Source: Methanobacteriota archaeon
Lineage (GTDB): Archaea; Thermoplasmatota; Thermoplasmata; SG8-5; JAGLSY01
DNA: 64,000 bases
Direction: 5' to 3'
Assembly (NCBI GenBank): GCA_020697715.1
Contig: JAEHCO010000002.1
Span: forward strand, 64,001-128,000
Shown: one piece after another, positions 47,679-57,360 of the stretch
Layout of the letters: each line of letters opens with the position of its first letter
Position numbering within the stretch: the stretch's first letter is position 1
Position numbers and translations under genes: made by a program
Notes under the pieces: generated by a model
What the model saw: the letters and a program-made list of their open reading frames with translations, nothing else
Databases searched by the model: none
What the model was told of the DNA's origin: nothing

Positions 47679-48476
47679 TTACCTATATTCTTCTGGCAGA
47701 TCGCGCTCATCTGGCCCATCATATTCATGCTCTGACGAGTACATCTTGCGCATGGCTCTTTCCCTCGTCATCTCCTCATATGCCTGTGCGACCAAGCCAG
47801 CAGTTCTTCCCATCAGGAAAAAAGCCTTGCCAAGACGGTGATCGAAGCCCATATCGGACATCACCGCGGCAATTGCCCCGTCCACATTTATGGGAAGATG
47901 CTTGCCAGTTTGCTCCTTCAGCTCCTTCTCGATGCACCTGGACAGTTCAACATGCTGTCCAGCTATGCCCGTTTCGTCGGCAAGCGCGAACAGCTTTCCG
48001 GTCCTTGGATCCGCCGTGTGCACCCTGTGTCCGAAGCCTGGCAACCTTTTCTTCTTCTCGCGGGATTCGGCGACGATAAGCCTGGCCACTTCTGGTACGG
48101 CCAGGTCCTCTCCCTTCGCCCTGATGACGCCTTCCTGAAGAAGGAGCGCGCCTTTCTCGATAGCTCCACCGTGAACATCGCCAACTGCCATGATTCCAGC
48201 TGCCACAGCTGTTGGAAGCGGAACACCAGATGAGGCGACAGTTCGCGCCGCCCTTGCTGAAGGCGGCGTTATCCCGTGATCGATGGATGATGTGAGTATG
48301 GCATCCATCATCTTTCCCTCATTGATGGTGGGCATCCTGCCACTCAATATCAGAAATACATTGTGGGAAAAGGGCACATTGCCGATAAGGTCCTCCTGGC
48401 GGTATCCTCGGGTCACCAGACTATTTGGCTCTGCTTTAGTTATGCCAGTCTTCCAAACAGGAGCATCCTCGGACAT
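47679..48476 (-). CDS. ccl: Citryl-CoA lyase (citrate synthase-like fold)
   Basis: WKTGIT, RGY, DHGITPPS, HGGAIE, PGFGHRVH.DPR, NVDG, GRTAGL. Confidence 0.9.
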   Translation of the reverse strand: MSEDAPVWKTGITKAEPNSLVTRGYRQEDLIGNVPFSHNVFLILSGRMPTINEGKMMDAILTSSIDHGITPPSARAARTVASSGVPLPTAVAAGIMAVGDVHGGAIEKGALLLQEGVIRAKGEDLAVPEVARLIVAESREKKKRLPGFGHRVHTADPRTGKLFALADETGIAGQHVELSRCIEKELKEQTGKHLPINVDGAIAAVMSDMGFDHRLGKAFFLMGRTAGLVAQAYEEMTRERAMRKMYSSEHEYDGPDERDLPEEYR

Positions 48477-48481
48477 TGGGC

Positions 48482-50023
48482 TCAGCCCTCCCTCTTGACC
48501 TCTCGGACAACGTCGGTCACGGTCCCGTCCCTGAACTTGATCACGCCAACGAACTTATCAGTATATTCCAGTGGCTCCGGCGCTCCAGTGATATCATAGG
48601 CCATGTCCCGCAATGCCTCAATAGGCTTTGGATCGAACTCTGCCAGGAGCTTCCAAAGGTCCTGCCTTTTCGGATTTATCGTAATTCCCTGGTCAGTGGC
48701 TATCACATCCACGCATTCGCCAGGTGTCGTTACAGTTGTCACCGAATCCCTCACAATGGGATTCGTCTTCCTGGTTATCGGGGTTGTTATGAAAGTGACT
48801 TTGGAACCTGCGGCGGCGTCTGGGTGGCCGCCACTTCCATGAAGAAGCAGTCCATCCGAGTGCGTATTCACATTCACATTGAAGTCCACATCCACCTCGG
48901 TGGCTCCCAGGAAACAAGCGTCCTGCTGATGGGTGATGCAACCCCTGGAATGTGGATTTCCAAAGTGATAATGCGATACCTCGACATGATCTGGATCATT
49001 GAGAAGTGAATCAATGGCCGGGATATCAAATGCCTGGGCATCCAGTATCTTTCTGAGCGTGCCTTCGTGAAGCATATCCACCACCTGGCCGGTTATCCCG
49101 CCCATGGCGAAACTGCCCACGACACCCTTCTCCAACATCCTCTCATGCAGGAATTTGACGACTGCCAGTGACATCCCACCGGCTCCCGCCTGGAAGGAGA
49201 AACCATCTTCCAGCTGGCCGATGGCGTCCATGGCATCCACCACTTGCTGTGCGATCCTCAATCGCACCGGATCTTCTGTGATCTTCATCGTGCCAGTGGC
49301 GATCCCCTTTGGGTCTCCGATATTGTCCACATTGACCACATAATTCACCCTGTGCTCGGGTATGCTTATCGGAGTGCATGGGTATGGTTGAAGGTTATCC
49401 GTGATTATCACAACGCGCTCGGCGAACCAGGAGTCCGCTATTGCGAATCCCATTGGGCCGAACTTCGATTCACCCAGCACACCATTGCAGTTACCTGAAT
49501 CATCAGATGCGGAGGCTGCGAGGAAGGCGACGTCAATGTGCATATTGCCTCTTTCCAGATCAAGAGTTCTTGCACCATGTGTCCGGATAACAACTGGTTC
49601 CTTGCAAGGATTTTCTGAAATATATTTTCCGAGGGGGCCGTTCAGATTCCCCTCAAAGCTGGTGACCACACCATTCTTGATGTGCTCGATCAGTGCCTCT
49701 GTGTGAATTGCAAAAACAGATGAATGGCGCATTCCAATATCCTTGATGCCCTTCTTGGCGATCTCATCCAGCACCATGGCGACGACATAGTCCCCATTCC
49801 TCAGGTGATGGTGGAATGAAATGTTCATACCGCTCTTCAGGCCAGACTTGTCAATTGCTTCCGATATGGATGACAGGAGCTTTTTCTTGCCTGGATTGTG
49901 AGACCATATATTCTTGGATATGGTATTGCCTCTTGGTGGAGTGGCGAATGCCCCTCTGAAAGGCTCTAATTCAATACTGGCTATCTTCTCAGGGATCTCC
50001 CTGCCAACTGCATTCATTACCAT
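48482..50023 (-). CDS. citF: Citrate lyase alpha-subunit-like CoA-transferase, paralog 1
   Basis: Same CitF motifs (SFHHHLRNGD, FQAGAGG, NTHSDG...GSGGHPD, FRDGTVTD). Confidence 0.92.
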   Translation of the reverse strand: MVMNAVGREIPEKIASIELEPFRGAFATPPRGNTISKNIWSHNPGKKKLLSSISEAIDKSGLKSGMNISFHHHLRNGDYVVAMVLDEIAKKGIKDIGMRHSSVFAIHTEALIEHIKNGVVTSFEGNLNGPLGKYISENPCKEPVVIRTHGARTLDLERGNMHIDVAFLAASASDDSGNCNGVLGESKFGPMGFAIADSWFAERVVIITDNLQPYPCTPISIPEHRVNYVVNVDNIGDPKGIATGTMKITEDPVRLRIAQQVVDAMDAIGQLEDGFSFQAGAGGMSLAVVKFLHERMLEKGVVGSFAMGGITGQVVDMLHEGTLRKILDAQAFDIPAIDSLLNDPDHVEVSHYHFGNPHSRGCITHQQDACFLGATEVDVDFNVNVNTHSDGLLLHGSGGHPDAAAGSKVTFITTPITRKTNPIVRDSVTTVTTPGECVDVIATDQGITINPKRQDLWKLLAEFDPKPIEALRDMAYDITGAPEPLEYTDKFVGVIKFRDGTVTDVVREVKREG

Positions 50024-50170
50024 TTTTCGACACCTCGATCAATCCGCTTACTCATACTACGTATGCGGGCTGAAGAAGGCTAATGTTGAATCATATAATT
50101 AAAGGTAGTGTAGAATCATAATTGGGGAATCATTAAATAACCCACGAGTGGATTCAGTGCTGGTGATCTG

Positions 50171-51388
50171 ATAAGCGACCTATCCTCTCTGGTAGTTGCC
50201 GCCATTCTGGCATTCGCCGCACCTCTTATTTGTGAAAGGCTGAAAATACCCATTGTAGTTGGGGAGATAATCTTCGGTCTGGCAGTAGGCCTTATAGCAT
50301 TCGCCGCCCTGGAATTCTACGATGTCAGTATTCTGGAATCTTCAGCTTCTCTCGAATTCCTGGCTCTTATCGGTTTCATATTCTTGATGTTCCTGGCCGG
50401 CCTGGAGATCGACTTCGAGATCCTTCAGGAACAGGGAATAAAATCCTTGATATACGCGATCGCGATATTCGGCGTCACTCTGGCCATATCTTATTTCATA
50501 GTCAGTGCCTTGAGCATATCCGAGGATCCCTTCTTCATGTCCCTGGTTCTCAGTACGACCTCCGTAGGCGTGGTATTGCCCACTCTGAGAGAAACCGGCC
50601 TTAGCAAGACGAAGGCCGGCCAGACAATAATTCTCTCGGCCATTGTGGCTGATTTCGCCACGATGATACTCCTGACATATTATGCGATCGGCATGACCAT
50701 CGATGTATCTGGCGCAGGAGCCATGATGCCTCTTATCTTCATCTTTTTCATCGTATCACTTTTCTTCTCCATCCACTTGGCTGGCAGGCTGGCCATATGG
50801 CACTTCCCCAATACCCTGGTCAAGTTCTTCTCGCAGGATGATGCCACCGAGATGGGTGTTCGGGCTTCCATTGCCATTCTTTTTATCTTCGTGGCCATGT
50901 CCCAGACCATTGGAGGAGAAGCATCCACCAGCATAGCGATCCTGGGAGCTTTCATGGCCGGCGCGGTGATATCATTCACCTTTACGAAACAGGCCATACT
51001 TGAAAAGAAATTATTCGGATTGGGCTTCGGATTCCTCATACCCTTTTTCTTCATCCATCTTGGTATCTCATTTGACTTCCACAGCATACTGGAAGGCACA
51101 GACCTGCTTGGACTGATGCTCGTGTTCCTGGCAATTGCCTTTGCAGTGAAGCTTATACCAGCTTTATTTTTACTACCCACCTTCAAGGCCCGCAATACAC
51201 TGGCTATCGGATTCCTGCTGGCATCCAGGCTCAGCTTGATAATAGCCGCAGCGGAGATAGGTCGTGAATTGGGCATAATTGACGAATCCATGAGAAGTGC
51301 TCTGATACTCGTGGGTATTACGACCAGTATCGTCTGCCCCATGTTGTTCAGGCGCATATACAAAACAGATCCGGAGGTGGTTTCCTGA
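50171..51388 (+). CDS. Cation:proton antiporter (CPA2/Kef family), probable ATA start
   Basis: The frame extends 71 codons upstream of the track start (RLKIPIVVGEIIFG, LMFLAGLEID); TTSVGVV and FLIPFFF motifs. Confidence 0.88.
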   Translation: MSDLSSLVVAAILAFAAPLICERLKIPIVVGEIIFGLAVGLIAFAALEFYDVSILESSASLEFLALIGFIFLMFLAGLEIDFEILQEQGIKSLIYAIAIFGVTLAISYFIVSALSISEDPFFMSLVLSTTSVGVVLPTLRETGLSKTKAGQTIILSAIVADFATMILLTYYAIGMTIDVSGAGAMMPLIFIFFIVSLFFSIHLAGRLAIWHFPNTLVKFFSQDDATEMGVRASIAILFIFVAMSQTIGGEASTSIAILGAFMAGAVISFTFTKQAILEKKLFGLGFGFLIPFFFIHLGISFDFHSILEGTDLLGLMLVFLAIAFAVKLIPALFLLPTFKARNTLAIGFLLASRLSLIIAAAEIGRELGIIDESMRSALILVGITTSIVCPMLFRRIYKTDPEVVS

Positions 51389-51437
51389 GATTAGACAAGG
51401 GGATGATCTCCATTAGTTCACTACGGGGGGTGAACTA

Positions 51438-52802
51438 ATGAACAAGGTGATAATCGTCGGAGCTGGAGATACTGGCCAAGCAGTGAAGCACAGAATTAGG
51501 AACTCCGTGCTTGTTGACGCAGACCCTGGCAAGGTCATCATGCTTAGCAGGGAGCATCCAGACTGGGAGATAATCGGTGGAGATGCCTCCGATCCCAATG
51601 TGCTGATAACTGCTGGCATAGAGGATGCGGAGTATCTATTGATAAGCACGAACAAGGATTATTTTGCCGTGAAGATCGCCATGACCGCGAAGAAGCTGGC
51701 TGATGAGATCAAGATAATATCCGTGCTTCATGACATAAAGAATTTCACAGACCTCCGAGAGGCTGGCATCGAACATCTCATATCTCCGATAAGTGAGACA
51801 ATAGATGCCATACTTGGGAAATTGATACCAGTGGGCGAGAATATCACCGAGATCGCTATAACACAACATTCCATCGCACTGGGCAAGAGCATTCTGGAGG
51901 TCAAGCTTCCACAGGACACGATCATAGGGGCTGTATTGAGAGGCCATCATCTTATCAGGCCGGAATCCACCACCATCCTCCAAAAGGGTGATGTGATATC
52001 CCTGGTAAGCTTGGGCCAGCTGGAAGCCGATGTGATAGATGCCATAAGTGGTGATCACAAAACAGTGGTGCCATTGGACAATTTCCTATGCCTTTTGAAG
52101 GATGAAGGTGACCTTATGATACTAGATGAGGTTCTACATCTGGCCTCTCGAAGTGTGGCCAAATGCAGGATCATTTTCCCGGATTCTCTTATTGGATCCA
52201 GAGAGGCCATCGAAAAGAAGGCCCAGGAACATGGCATAGATGTAGTTTGCGAATCCTATATGGGGAATATACTGGAAAAGTTCTCCAAGCTCGCACGTGA
52301 AATGGACCCTGCCTCAAATCCATTGATAATACTCCCTCAGAGAAAATTAAGTCTTCTAAAATACCACTTGCCAGCAAAATATATCGAGAACCTTGTGACG
52401 GAGGTCCCCTTCCCCTTCTACATTCCAAAATCCCGGCAGTATAAGAAGTTCGAACGTGTGCTTCATTTCATAACCGACAAGCATCATGATGGTCTGTGCG
52501 CGAGTTGTGCAGTTGGGATGGCCAGGGTCAATGATGTGCCAATAAAATCACTTGTCCTTCACAATCCGGAGAACACGTATGCGGAAGAGATCCTCATCCA
52601 CACAAAGAGGATAGCCAAGGTGTATGGCATCGAGGTGGAGGAAGAGGTCATCGAAGGAAATCCAACATTGGAATTCATCCAGGATGTTCGAAGCACTGCA
52701 AACCAATTGGTGATAATCAATTGGGAATGCACCATCATGAGACGGGACATCATGCGGAAGATCATGAATGAGGCCAATGCCAGTGTGCTGTTGATGAAGT
52801 AA
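51438..52802 (+). CDS. TrkA/RCK regulatory protein with C-terminal USP-like domains
   Basis: IIVGAGDTG, GDASDP..L..AGIEDA, RCK_C (GKSI.E..LP...IGAVLR), EGNP...ASVLL. Confidence 0.85.
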   Translation: MNKVIIVGAGDTGQAVKHRIRNSVLVDADPGKVIMLSREHPDWEIIGGDASDPNVLITAGIEDAEYLLISTNKDYFAVKIAMTAKKLADEIKIISVLHDIKNFTDLREAGIEHLISPISETIDAILGKLIPVGENITEIAITQHSIALGKSILEVKLPQDTIIGAVLRGHHLIRPESTTILQKGDVISLVSLGQLEADVIDAISGDHKTVVPLDNFLCLLKDEGDLMILDEVLHLASRSVAKCRIIFPDSLIGSREAIEKKAQEHGIDVVCESYMGNILEKFSKLAREMDPASNPLIILPQRKLSLLKYHLPAKYIENLVTEVPFPFYIPKSRQYKKFERVLHFITDKHHDGLCASCAVGMARVNDVPIKSLVLHNPENTYAEEILIHTKRIAKVYGIEVEEEVIEGNPTLEFIQDVRSTANQLVIINWECTIMRRDIMRKIMNEANASVLLMK

Positions 52803-52910
52803 ACAATCGGAGTAAAATCAGTTAAATGATCTAACTAATATTAATTAATTTAACGAATTTAACTCATAAAAACTTTTTATAGCTTATTGACCTATATATG
52901 TTCGATAAAC

Positions 52911-53591
52911 ATGACATCATCCTATCTCGATGACGACGATCAGGTCTTTTACGGTGGAGAGAGGTCCAGCGATACCTCAAGCACAGAGACAAGCAAGCCG
53001 GCAACTGGTTCCAGTTCTAACACTGACTCGAATTCCGGTTCTAGCTCAACCTCAGACAATCTGCTTGATCCTGATAAGAAAAGCGGCCCATCCGAGCAGG
53101 AATTGGAGAAGCAGATACAGGATTCCAGGCTTGAAAAAAGAAAGGTCGAGAGTGTTCACGACATTACCATTCTGAGACAAAGGGGCGCGGAGCAGAGCCA
53201 GCAGGCTGCCAAATACTACAAGAAATACCGAATTGAGGAAGCCGCCCAGGTCAAGCACGAGCAGATGGTCTTCAGGAACCGCAGGAAGTCCGAGAAATAC
53301 CTGGAGAAGGTGAAGGATGTGGAGGTCAAGATCGCGGACAAGGAAGCGGCCACTGCCTATCTCGAGGGTGCGAAGAAGGAAAGGGCTCACATCAAGGTCG
53401 CCAAGCTGAGAGGCAAGATAGCCAAACTGAAGGCAAAGAGCAGTAATGCGGATGCGATCGCGGCCAAGCACAGACAAAAAGCAGTTGCTAGGCAGAGAAA
53501 AGCTACGGAGCTTCTGGAAAAGAGCAAGATCCACGAAGCAGAAGCAAAGTCTTACAGCAACCGTGCGGACAAGCTTGAGAAGATCAGTTAA
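52911..53591 (+). CDS. Hypothetical coiled-coil protein
   Basis: S/T-rich N-terminus, K/A/E-rich helices. Confidence 0.75.
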   Translation: MTSSYLDDDDQVFYGGERSSDTSSTETSKPATGSSSNTDSNSGSSSTSDNLLDPDKKSGPSEQELEKQIQDSRLEKRKVESVHDITILRQRGAEQSQQAAKYYKKYRIEEAAQVKHEQMVFRNRRKSEKYLEKVKDVEVKIADKEAATAYLEGAKKERAHIKVAKLRGKIAKLKAKSSNADAIAAKHRQKAVARQRKATELLEKSKIHEAEAKSYSNRADKLEKIS

Positions 53592-53620
53592 TTATTATAA
53601 AGATTATCTGTGAAGATAAC

Positions 53621-53645
53621 TCTGGCCGTCTTTATCTCGGCCAGA
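53621..53645. terminator. Hairpin between convergent genes
   Basis: TCTGGCCG/CGGCCAGA. Confidence 0.4.
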
Positions 53646-53690
53646 TCCATATTATTATGTCTTATATTATATAATTAATATAGAATAAAC

Positions 53691-56309
53691 TCATTTCTTA
53701 CTTTTCTTCTTAGCCTTGTCTTTAGCCTTCTTCGCCTTATCCAGCTTGTCCTTTTCCTTGGAATAATATCTGGCTTCCAAGGTTTCCTTTATGCCCTGGG
53801 CGATGCCTTTTCCAATTCCTTTCACTTCCTGGAGGTCCTTGGCATCGGCGTCCATGATCGCCTGGGCACTTCCAAAGTGTGATAGAAGTCGCTGAGCGAG
53901 GATCGCGGATATATTGGGCAATCCTTCAATTATGAACTGCTGGCGTTCCTGAAGAAGCATGGTTCCCTTGTCGGATCGGAGGGCGGGTATCCGGCCTTCG
54001 GCATGCTCGCGCTTGGCGATCGTCCCAACAAGTTCCGCTGTCTCGGCCGCATCCTTCACGGTCATCACCGTTACTCCGAAATCCACGGTGATGGAGGCTA
54101 TCGCTCCCATGATCGCTTGCTTACCCAGTCCGCTTCGGGAATAGAGGTTCTCGCCCTCGATTATCATCAATGGGCTTGGGAAGGTGCGCTTGAGTGCGCG
54201 GATCTGCTGGAAAAGGCGGCCGTCCTTCATGGAATGTATGAGATCGTCCACTTCTTTTCTCTCGATCCCGACACGATCCGAAACAATGTAATCTCCAACA
54301 TCCAGTGTCTTGGAATCCACGATGAAGCCCGCCATGGAAAGTTGGCGAACGACGGATGAATTGAATTCTCTTGTATCGACGATGATCCTCACTTGCTCAT
54401 CGTCGTCTGATGGTTCGTAAATATCAATGGAAATTGGCTTTTTCTCGTCCACTATATCGGGAGTAGCTGGCTTCTCGTGATGGATGGCCAGTTCTTCGTC
54501 GGGAGCCGGGATTCCCGAGGCCTTTACATCGGCCTCGGTCTTGTTCTTTTTCTCGGCCTTTTTTTCTTCCTTAACTACTGGCTCAGCTTTCGGGTCAGGC
54601 TTGGTTTGGGGTTTAGCTATGGGTTTGGCTTTGACTTGAGACTTGCCAGCTCCCTCAAAGTCCATAAGCGACCTTTGAGGTTTGCCATTTCCCAATTCCT
54701 CCTCGGCCTCATATCGCCCATGACCTGAAGTCCCTGGGCTTTCAAAATTATCAATGCGGGATTCTCCCACCCACAATACGCCCTTCAATTCCCTTCTGAG
54801 CTTGTCCAGTTCCTTCTGCATTCTCGATTCCTTGTGCTTGCTGGACCAGAAATATGACTCATCTCTCGTTCCTTTGTAGATGAGGATGAAGACCTTGCCC
54901 GATCTCTGACGACCTGTTCTTCCACGCCGCTGGATAGTTCGGATCTCTGAAGGTACTGGCTCATAGAATATGACCAGGTCAGTAGCCGGAATATCAAGCC
55001 CTTCCTCGGCGACCGATGTCGCCACCAGGACATTTATCTCCCCCTCCTTGAACCTGTCAATAAGTTCCACCTGTTTCTTCTGATTAAGCCCCTTGTCCTC
55101 GCCTTTGCTGGCCTGCCCAACGAACCTGGCAGGTCTTATGCCATCCAATTTTTCCAGCATCTCGACAACCTGCTCAGAGGTCTCTCTATAATGGGTGAAT
55201 ACGATGATCTTGGAATGTTTGTGAGCTCTCAATTGCTGCTGGACTATCTCCGAAACCTTATCGAGCTTGGGATTGACCATCTTGTCCTCTTCGATCATCT
55301 TGGACTCGTGCATGGCCAGCTGGAATTTTGGAAGGCTGATCGTGGTCTTCGAGGCCTTTGACGACCCCTTGGAGCGCGCCTCCGATGTTAATTTTTCAAA
55401 GTATGATCTAACTGCCCCAAGACCCTGGGTCTCCGCCATCTCCTGGGCGTGGTTCAGCTTCATGATGACAGCGACCTTGCTGGATGCCTCGAACATGCCT
55501 GGATCCTCCGAGCCTCTGTTTATTGCGGCTCGGACCTCCCGGTTGGTTGCCAGCAGATCCTTGGTGGATGCGTACTTGCTGTCCTTCATATAACCCAATT
55601 TCTGAAGGTCAGCCAGTTGTTCTTTTTTCGCCTCCTTCAGGAAATCAAGTATCTTCTTCATCTCCTTTGGAACTTTAACCTCTTTCCAGAATATCTTCAC
55701 GTCATGGACGTACTTTACAACATCTGGATCATAATCATGACGTATCTCCACGCCTTCGATGCCCAGGTTGTCGCAGACCTCCAGTATCTTTTCTTTACTG
55801 GATCCTGGTGACGCGGTCATGCCGAGAATATGCCTATCTTTCACCCTGGCATATTTCTCCGCAATGAAGACATAGGCATAGTCTCCTGTGGCGCGATGGG
55901 CCTCGTCGAAGATTATAAGAGAAACATCATTGAGATCTATCTGGCCAGATATCAGATCATTGGATATCACCTGAGGGGTGGCGCATATTATCTGGCTACT
56001 GCCCCAGAGCTTCTTTCTTTTGGCTGGTGGCATCTCGCCCGTCAGCACGATCGGCTCATCGGATACAAGGAATTTCTTGATAGAGCTGGCATGTTGTTCG
56101 ACCAGCGGCTTCGTTGGAGCCAGAAAAAGAATATTGCCCTTCTTGGTTCGAAGAGTTTCAGCCATGAGCATCAGGGCGATGATGGTCTTACCAACACCTG
56201 TAGGCAGTACCACCAGTGTCGAACGCTGGATAGCGGAGGCTGATATCACCTCCTGGTATAACCTACGCTCGATGGTATCTTCAACTATCATCTGATGCTT
56301 GACGTACAC
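53691..56309 (-). CDS. hef: Hef helicase-nuclease (FANCM/XPF family)
   Basis: LPTGVGKT, DEAH, TASPG, QRRGRTGR, DTRE...GDY...ERK, (HhH)2; GTG start about 25 nt after TTTATATA. Confidence 0.95.
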   Translation of the reverse strand: MYVKHQMIVEDTIERRLYQEVISASAIQRSTLVVLPTGVGKTIIALMLMAETLRTKKGNILFLAPTKPLVEQHASSIKKFLVSDEPIVLTGEMPPAKRKKLWGSSQIICATPQVISNDLISGQIDLNDVSLIIFDEAHRATGDYAYVFIAEKYARVKDRHILGMTASPGSSKEKILEVCDNLGIEGVEIRHDYDPDVVKYVHDVKIFWKEVKVPKEMKKILDFLKEAKKEQLADLQKLGYMKDSKYASTKDLLATNREVRAAINRGSEDPGMFEASSKVAVIMKLNHAQEMAETQGLGAVRSYFEKLTSEARSKGSSKASKTTISLPKFQLAMHESKMIEEDKMVNPKLDKVSEIVQQQLRAHKHSKIIVFTHYRETSEQVVEMLEKLDGIRPARFVGQASKGEDKGLNQKKQVELIDRFKEGEINVLVATSVAEEGLDIPATDLVIFYEPVPSEIRTIQRRGRTGRQRSGKVFILIYKGTRDESYFWSSKHKESRMQKELDKLRRELKGVLWVGESRIDNFESPGTSGHGRYEAEEELGNGKPQRSLMDFEGAGKSQVKAKPIAKPQTKPDPKAEPVVKEEKKAEKKNKTEADVKASGIPAPDEELAIHHEKPATPDIVDEKKPISIDIYEPSDDDEQVRIIVDTREFNSSVVRQLSMAGFIVDSKTLDVGDYIVSDRVGIERKEVDDLIHSMKDGRLFQQIRALKRTFPSPLMIIEGENLYSRSGLGKQAIMGAIASITVDFGVTVMTVKDAAETAELVGTIAKREHAEGRIPALRSDKGTMLLQERQQFIIEGLPNISAILAQRLLSHFGSAQAIMDADAKDLQEVKGIGKGIAQGIKETLEARYYSKEKDKLDKAKKAKDKAKKKSKK

Positions 56310-56409
56310 GAATGTAAATCCGCCTGGGCATATATAAAGCATATAGGGGGGTGGGCGAAGGTACTCGCCACCAGTCTAATCAAACCGTGAGTATTCCATA
56401 GGGTGGTCA

Positions 56410-56934
56410 TCATCCGATCTTCGTCCAGGTGTCTATAAGATTATCAAGAGTCTCATCCGCTATACCGGACCTATAGGTCATAAGCACCTGGCTCATGCGT
56501 TCTTCATCAACTATTCTGAAAATGCTCTCCCTTTCCCTCTTTGCCTTCTGGATTATCGACGACTTCAGAAGTCTCTTCAGGTGGAATGAGAGCGCGCCCT
56601 TTGTAAAATTGAACTGGGCCAGTATCTCCTTGAAACTGGAATCCGGATTGAGCATTAGGAAAATGATAATTCGTCTCGGGGTCTTCAATCGCACGATGGA
56701 AATTATCTCCCTGTCAATAAGTTGTACCTGCTCAGTAGCGAAATAATTCTTCCTGTGGCCGTCATCATGCGTGGTGATAAGCCCGCCTTTTTCCAGCTGG
56801 CCAAGATGATATTGGAGGTCTCCGATGGAAAGCTCTAATGCACTTTCCATCTCCCTGATATACGTACCGGGAATGTCGCGAATATGCTCGTATATCAGTC
56901 TTCTTCGGGATAAAGCCAGCAGGTCTTCTTCCAT
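56410..56934 (-). CDS. Double winged-HTH transcriptional regulator (COG3398-like)
   Basis: RRLIYEHI...PG...RE...LQYHL and a second ALSFHLKRL HTH. Confidence 0.9.
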   Translation of the reverse strand: MEEDLLALSRRRLIYEHIRDIPGTYIREMESALELSIGDLQYHLGQLEKGGLITTHDDGHRKNYFATEQVQLIDREIISIVRLKTPRRIIIFLMLNPDSSFKEILAQFNFTKGALSFHLKRLLKSSIIQKAKRERESIFRIVDEERMSQVLMTYRSGIADETLDNLIDTWTKIG

Positions 56935-56942
56935 CTATCCAC

Positions 56943-57209
56943 CTATCTCTTGATTATCGAAAGGTATAGAAAAATCATGGCTACAAAGTTCATGCCCACA
57001 AGGAATGCGATGTTTACCATTCCTTCAATATCATCAGAGAATACACCTACTGCCAGTATCAAGCCTTCGACCATGAATATGCCGAAGCCGATGGCCGCAA
57101 AAGATATCTTCATCTCCCTGGTCTTTATCATGGAACCAAGGGTCAATACGAACATTATCGCCCCCAGTCCAAGGAATGCCAGTCTTAGAAATACTTCCAG
57201 TTCATTCAT
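56943..57209 (-). CDS. Small 3-TM membrane protein partnered with the regulator
   Basis: 88 aa, three hydrophobic helices, 8 nt before the regulator start. Confidence 0.8.
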   Translation of the reverse strand: MNELEVFLRLAFLGLGAIMFVLTLGSMIKTREMKISFAAIGFGIFMVEGLILAVGVFSDDIEGMVNIAFLVGMNFVAMIFLYLSIIKR

Positions 57210-57360
57210 TCTTTCCCTCTCTAATGCATATAGGATTTCGACTATTTGAATTGTATATAAAGATAAAGGGTCCGCATGTGCGATCATCACATGCGGAATT
57301 CATGTCCACCCCAATGGTGTTGTATGGTGTGGTGGTATGTGATGGGATGTGTAGGCAGGA

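Noticed and set aside
56349-56375. GC-rich hairpin as a tRNA fragment
   Set aside because: Single stem with no T-loop or D-loop motifs; probably a terminator.
57300-57360. CAY-rich tract (similar tracts near 29660 and 41500)
   Set aside because: Low-complexity sequence without a consistent unit or structure; insufficient support.
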